Shown here: piece after piece, positions 31,395 to 33,254 of the stretch | Layout of the letters: each line of letters opens with the position of its first letter | Numbering within the stretch: the first letter of the stretch is position 1 | Source: Octopus bimaculoides | Taxonomy: Eukaryota | Reading direction: 5' to 3' | Assembly: GCF_001194135.2 (NCBI RefSeq) | Contig: NC_068989.1 | Location: 71,826,203 to 71,859,456 of the forward strand | Length of the DNA stretch: 33,254 nt | Notes under the pieces: generated by a model | The model's database searches: none | Seen by the model: the letters and a program-made list of their open reading frames with translations, nothing else | What the model was told of the DNA's origin: nothing | Made by a program: the position numbers and the translations under genes

Positions 31395-31793
31395 ACTCTT
31401 TTACTCTTTTACTTGTTTCAGTCATTTTGACTGTGGCCATGCTGGAACACCACCTTTTAGTCGAGCAAATCGACCACAGGACTTATTCTTTGTAAGCCTA
31501 GTACTAATACTATCGGTTTCTTTTGCTGAACCGCTAAGTTACGGGGACGTAAACACACCAGCATCAGTTGTCAAGCGATGTTGAGGGGAAAAAACACAGA
31601 CACACATACACATATATATATACATATATACGATGGGCTTCTTTCAGTTTCCGTCTACCAAATCCACTCACAAGGCTTTGGTCGGCTCGAGGCTATAGTA
31701 GAAGACACTTGCTCAAGTTGCCACGCAGTGGGATTGAACCCGGAACCATGTGATTTGTAAGCAAGCTACTTACCACACAGCCACTCCTACGCC
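31395..31793 (-). mobile_element. Family A SINE, young full-length copy
   Basis: Highly similar to 6880-7279. Confidence 0.92.
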
Positions 31794-32170
31794 TATAACA
31801 CATCGAGATATCGTTTTCAAAAAATTAACACTTGGTCCCATAACCTCGTAATTACTCCTAAAAAAAAAAAACTGAAAGGTACTACTTGTGACAAAAACAA
31901 AAAACCTTCTTAGATTCACTATTCTTGACAAACGTTTCAACAGAAAGTGCACCAATCTAAATTATGATGGAAACTGAAAAGAAAACGGCAAAACACGAGT
32001 TACATGAAGTCACGATTACTGTTTGCCAAACTTCACAAGCGACACCAATGGTCGTTTTACTACCGCACTCTGTATTGCAGACTGGCGAGCGGTTTGCTTC
32101 GTTGTTTGGTTGCTGAAAACTTGTAATTAACCAGGCAAGTTCACATTGTTGATATTACAAATTATGTTCA

Positions 32171-32390
32171 GGTGGCGACCCGGCAGAATCACTAGCACAC
32201 CGGACAAAATGCTTAGCGGTATTTCGTTTGTCTTTACGTTCTAAGTTCAAATTCCGCCGAGGTCGACTTTGCCTTTCATCTCATTTCGAGGTCGATAAAA
32301 TAAGTACCAGTTGGGCACTGGAGCTGATGTAATCGACTTACCCCCGCTCCTCCAAAATCTCAGGCTTTATGTTTATTGTAGAAAGGATAT
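32171..32390 (+). mobile_element. Family B SINE, CpG-rich copy
   Basis: GGTGGCGACCCGGCAGAATC..GTTCAAATTCCGCCGAGGTCGACTTTGCC. Confidence 0.9.
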
Positions 32391-33024
32391 TAGAAATTCT
32401 GTTATGATGCTTTGAGGTCATATTTTCTATTAGATAAATCGTTTTTATTTGCTGAAATGTTACCATACGCTACAATACTTGTACGTCAAATATGTAACAC
32501 TAACATTGTCCCTTCACTTTATCGATTGTTATTGTTGAATATGTTGTGTTTACTCGGGTGTGTGTTGTGTGTATGTGTGTATGTGTGTGTGTGTGTATGT
32601 GTATATGTGTATGTGGTTGCGTGCATGTATGTGCTGCTGTGTGCTTGCTGTGGAAAGTGGTCACGTACAGGTGTCAATGTATTTGATTGTATACACATAG
32701 ATACGTGAACGCTCACCGCAACAAGCACCACCACCACCACCACTACTACTACTAATGCTCATGTGCACACACACACACACACACACACATTTTAAAATGT
32801 TTGGCAGTGTTCAGTAAAATATAAACAAGAAAGAACTCGTGCAAAAGGATAGCAGAATATGAAAAATACTTAAAATTACAGAAGTGCAACGGAAATATTT
32901 TGAGATATGTTAAAAAAAAAAAAGTCAGTAAAATTCAAAAATGGGAAGGAACGATACTTTCATCATATATTATAGGCTGTACCGCGAGGTAGAGCCTAAC
33001 ATTTACTTGTCGAACAGGATATCT

Positions 33025-33240
33025 CTCTTTACTCTTTTTACTTGTTTCAGTCATTTGACTGCGGCCATGCTGGAGCACCGCCTTTAGTCGAGAAAATCGA
33101 CCCCAGGACTTATTCTTTAGAAGCCTAGTACTTATTCTATCGGTGTCTTTTTTGCCGAACCGCTAAGTTACGGGGACGTAAACACACCAGCATTGATTGT
33201 CAAGCGATGGTGGGGGGACAAACACAAACACACATACATA
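33025..33240 (-). mobile_element. Family A SINE 3' half, cut by the window edge
   Basis: Highly similar to 31395-31600. Confidence 0.9.
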
Positions 33241-33254
33241 TATATATATATATA

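Noticed and set aside
1-33254. CRISPR arrays, rRNA or genuine tRNA genes
   Set aside because: None seen; tRNA-like A/B boxes all belong to SINE heads followed by SINE bodies.

Overview
AT-rich, repeat-saturated eukaryotic genomic DNA with two N gaps. The SINE/MITE repertoire and microsatellite load look like an octopus (coleoid cephalopod) genome; this assignment is an inference from recalled repeat families, not a database result. The only host coding sequence I can identify is a minus-strand exon at 19460-19535 encoding [25 protein letters not shown], the N-terminus of a diamine/spermidine-spermine N1-acetyltransferase (SAT1/SAT2-like GNAT), ending at the same LIK| intron position as vertebrate SAT1. 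It has a 3' splice site 1 nt before the ATG. A candidate upstream exon (donor at 23283) splices in frame and would add 28 aa. A TATA/CCAAT promoter with a 72-codon ORF and kB-like motifs lies at about 27.7-29.7 kb. Downstream SAT exons were not recognised. Other content: a minimal type I hammerhead ribozyme on the SAT strand (1293-1379), a Penelope-like GIY-YIG remnant, decayed mariner and Tc1 transposases, pogo/hAT/mariner MITEs, many tRNA-derived SINEs (family labels A-F are my own), several local duplications, and a left/right CpG-decay contrast that looks like a gene-body methylation footprint. Most ORFs in the supplied track are microsatellite, N-gap or repeat artefacts. SINE boundaries are approximate.
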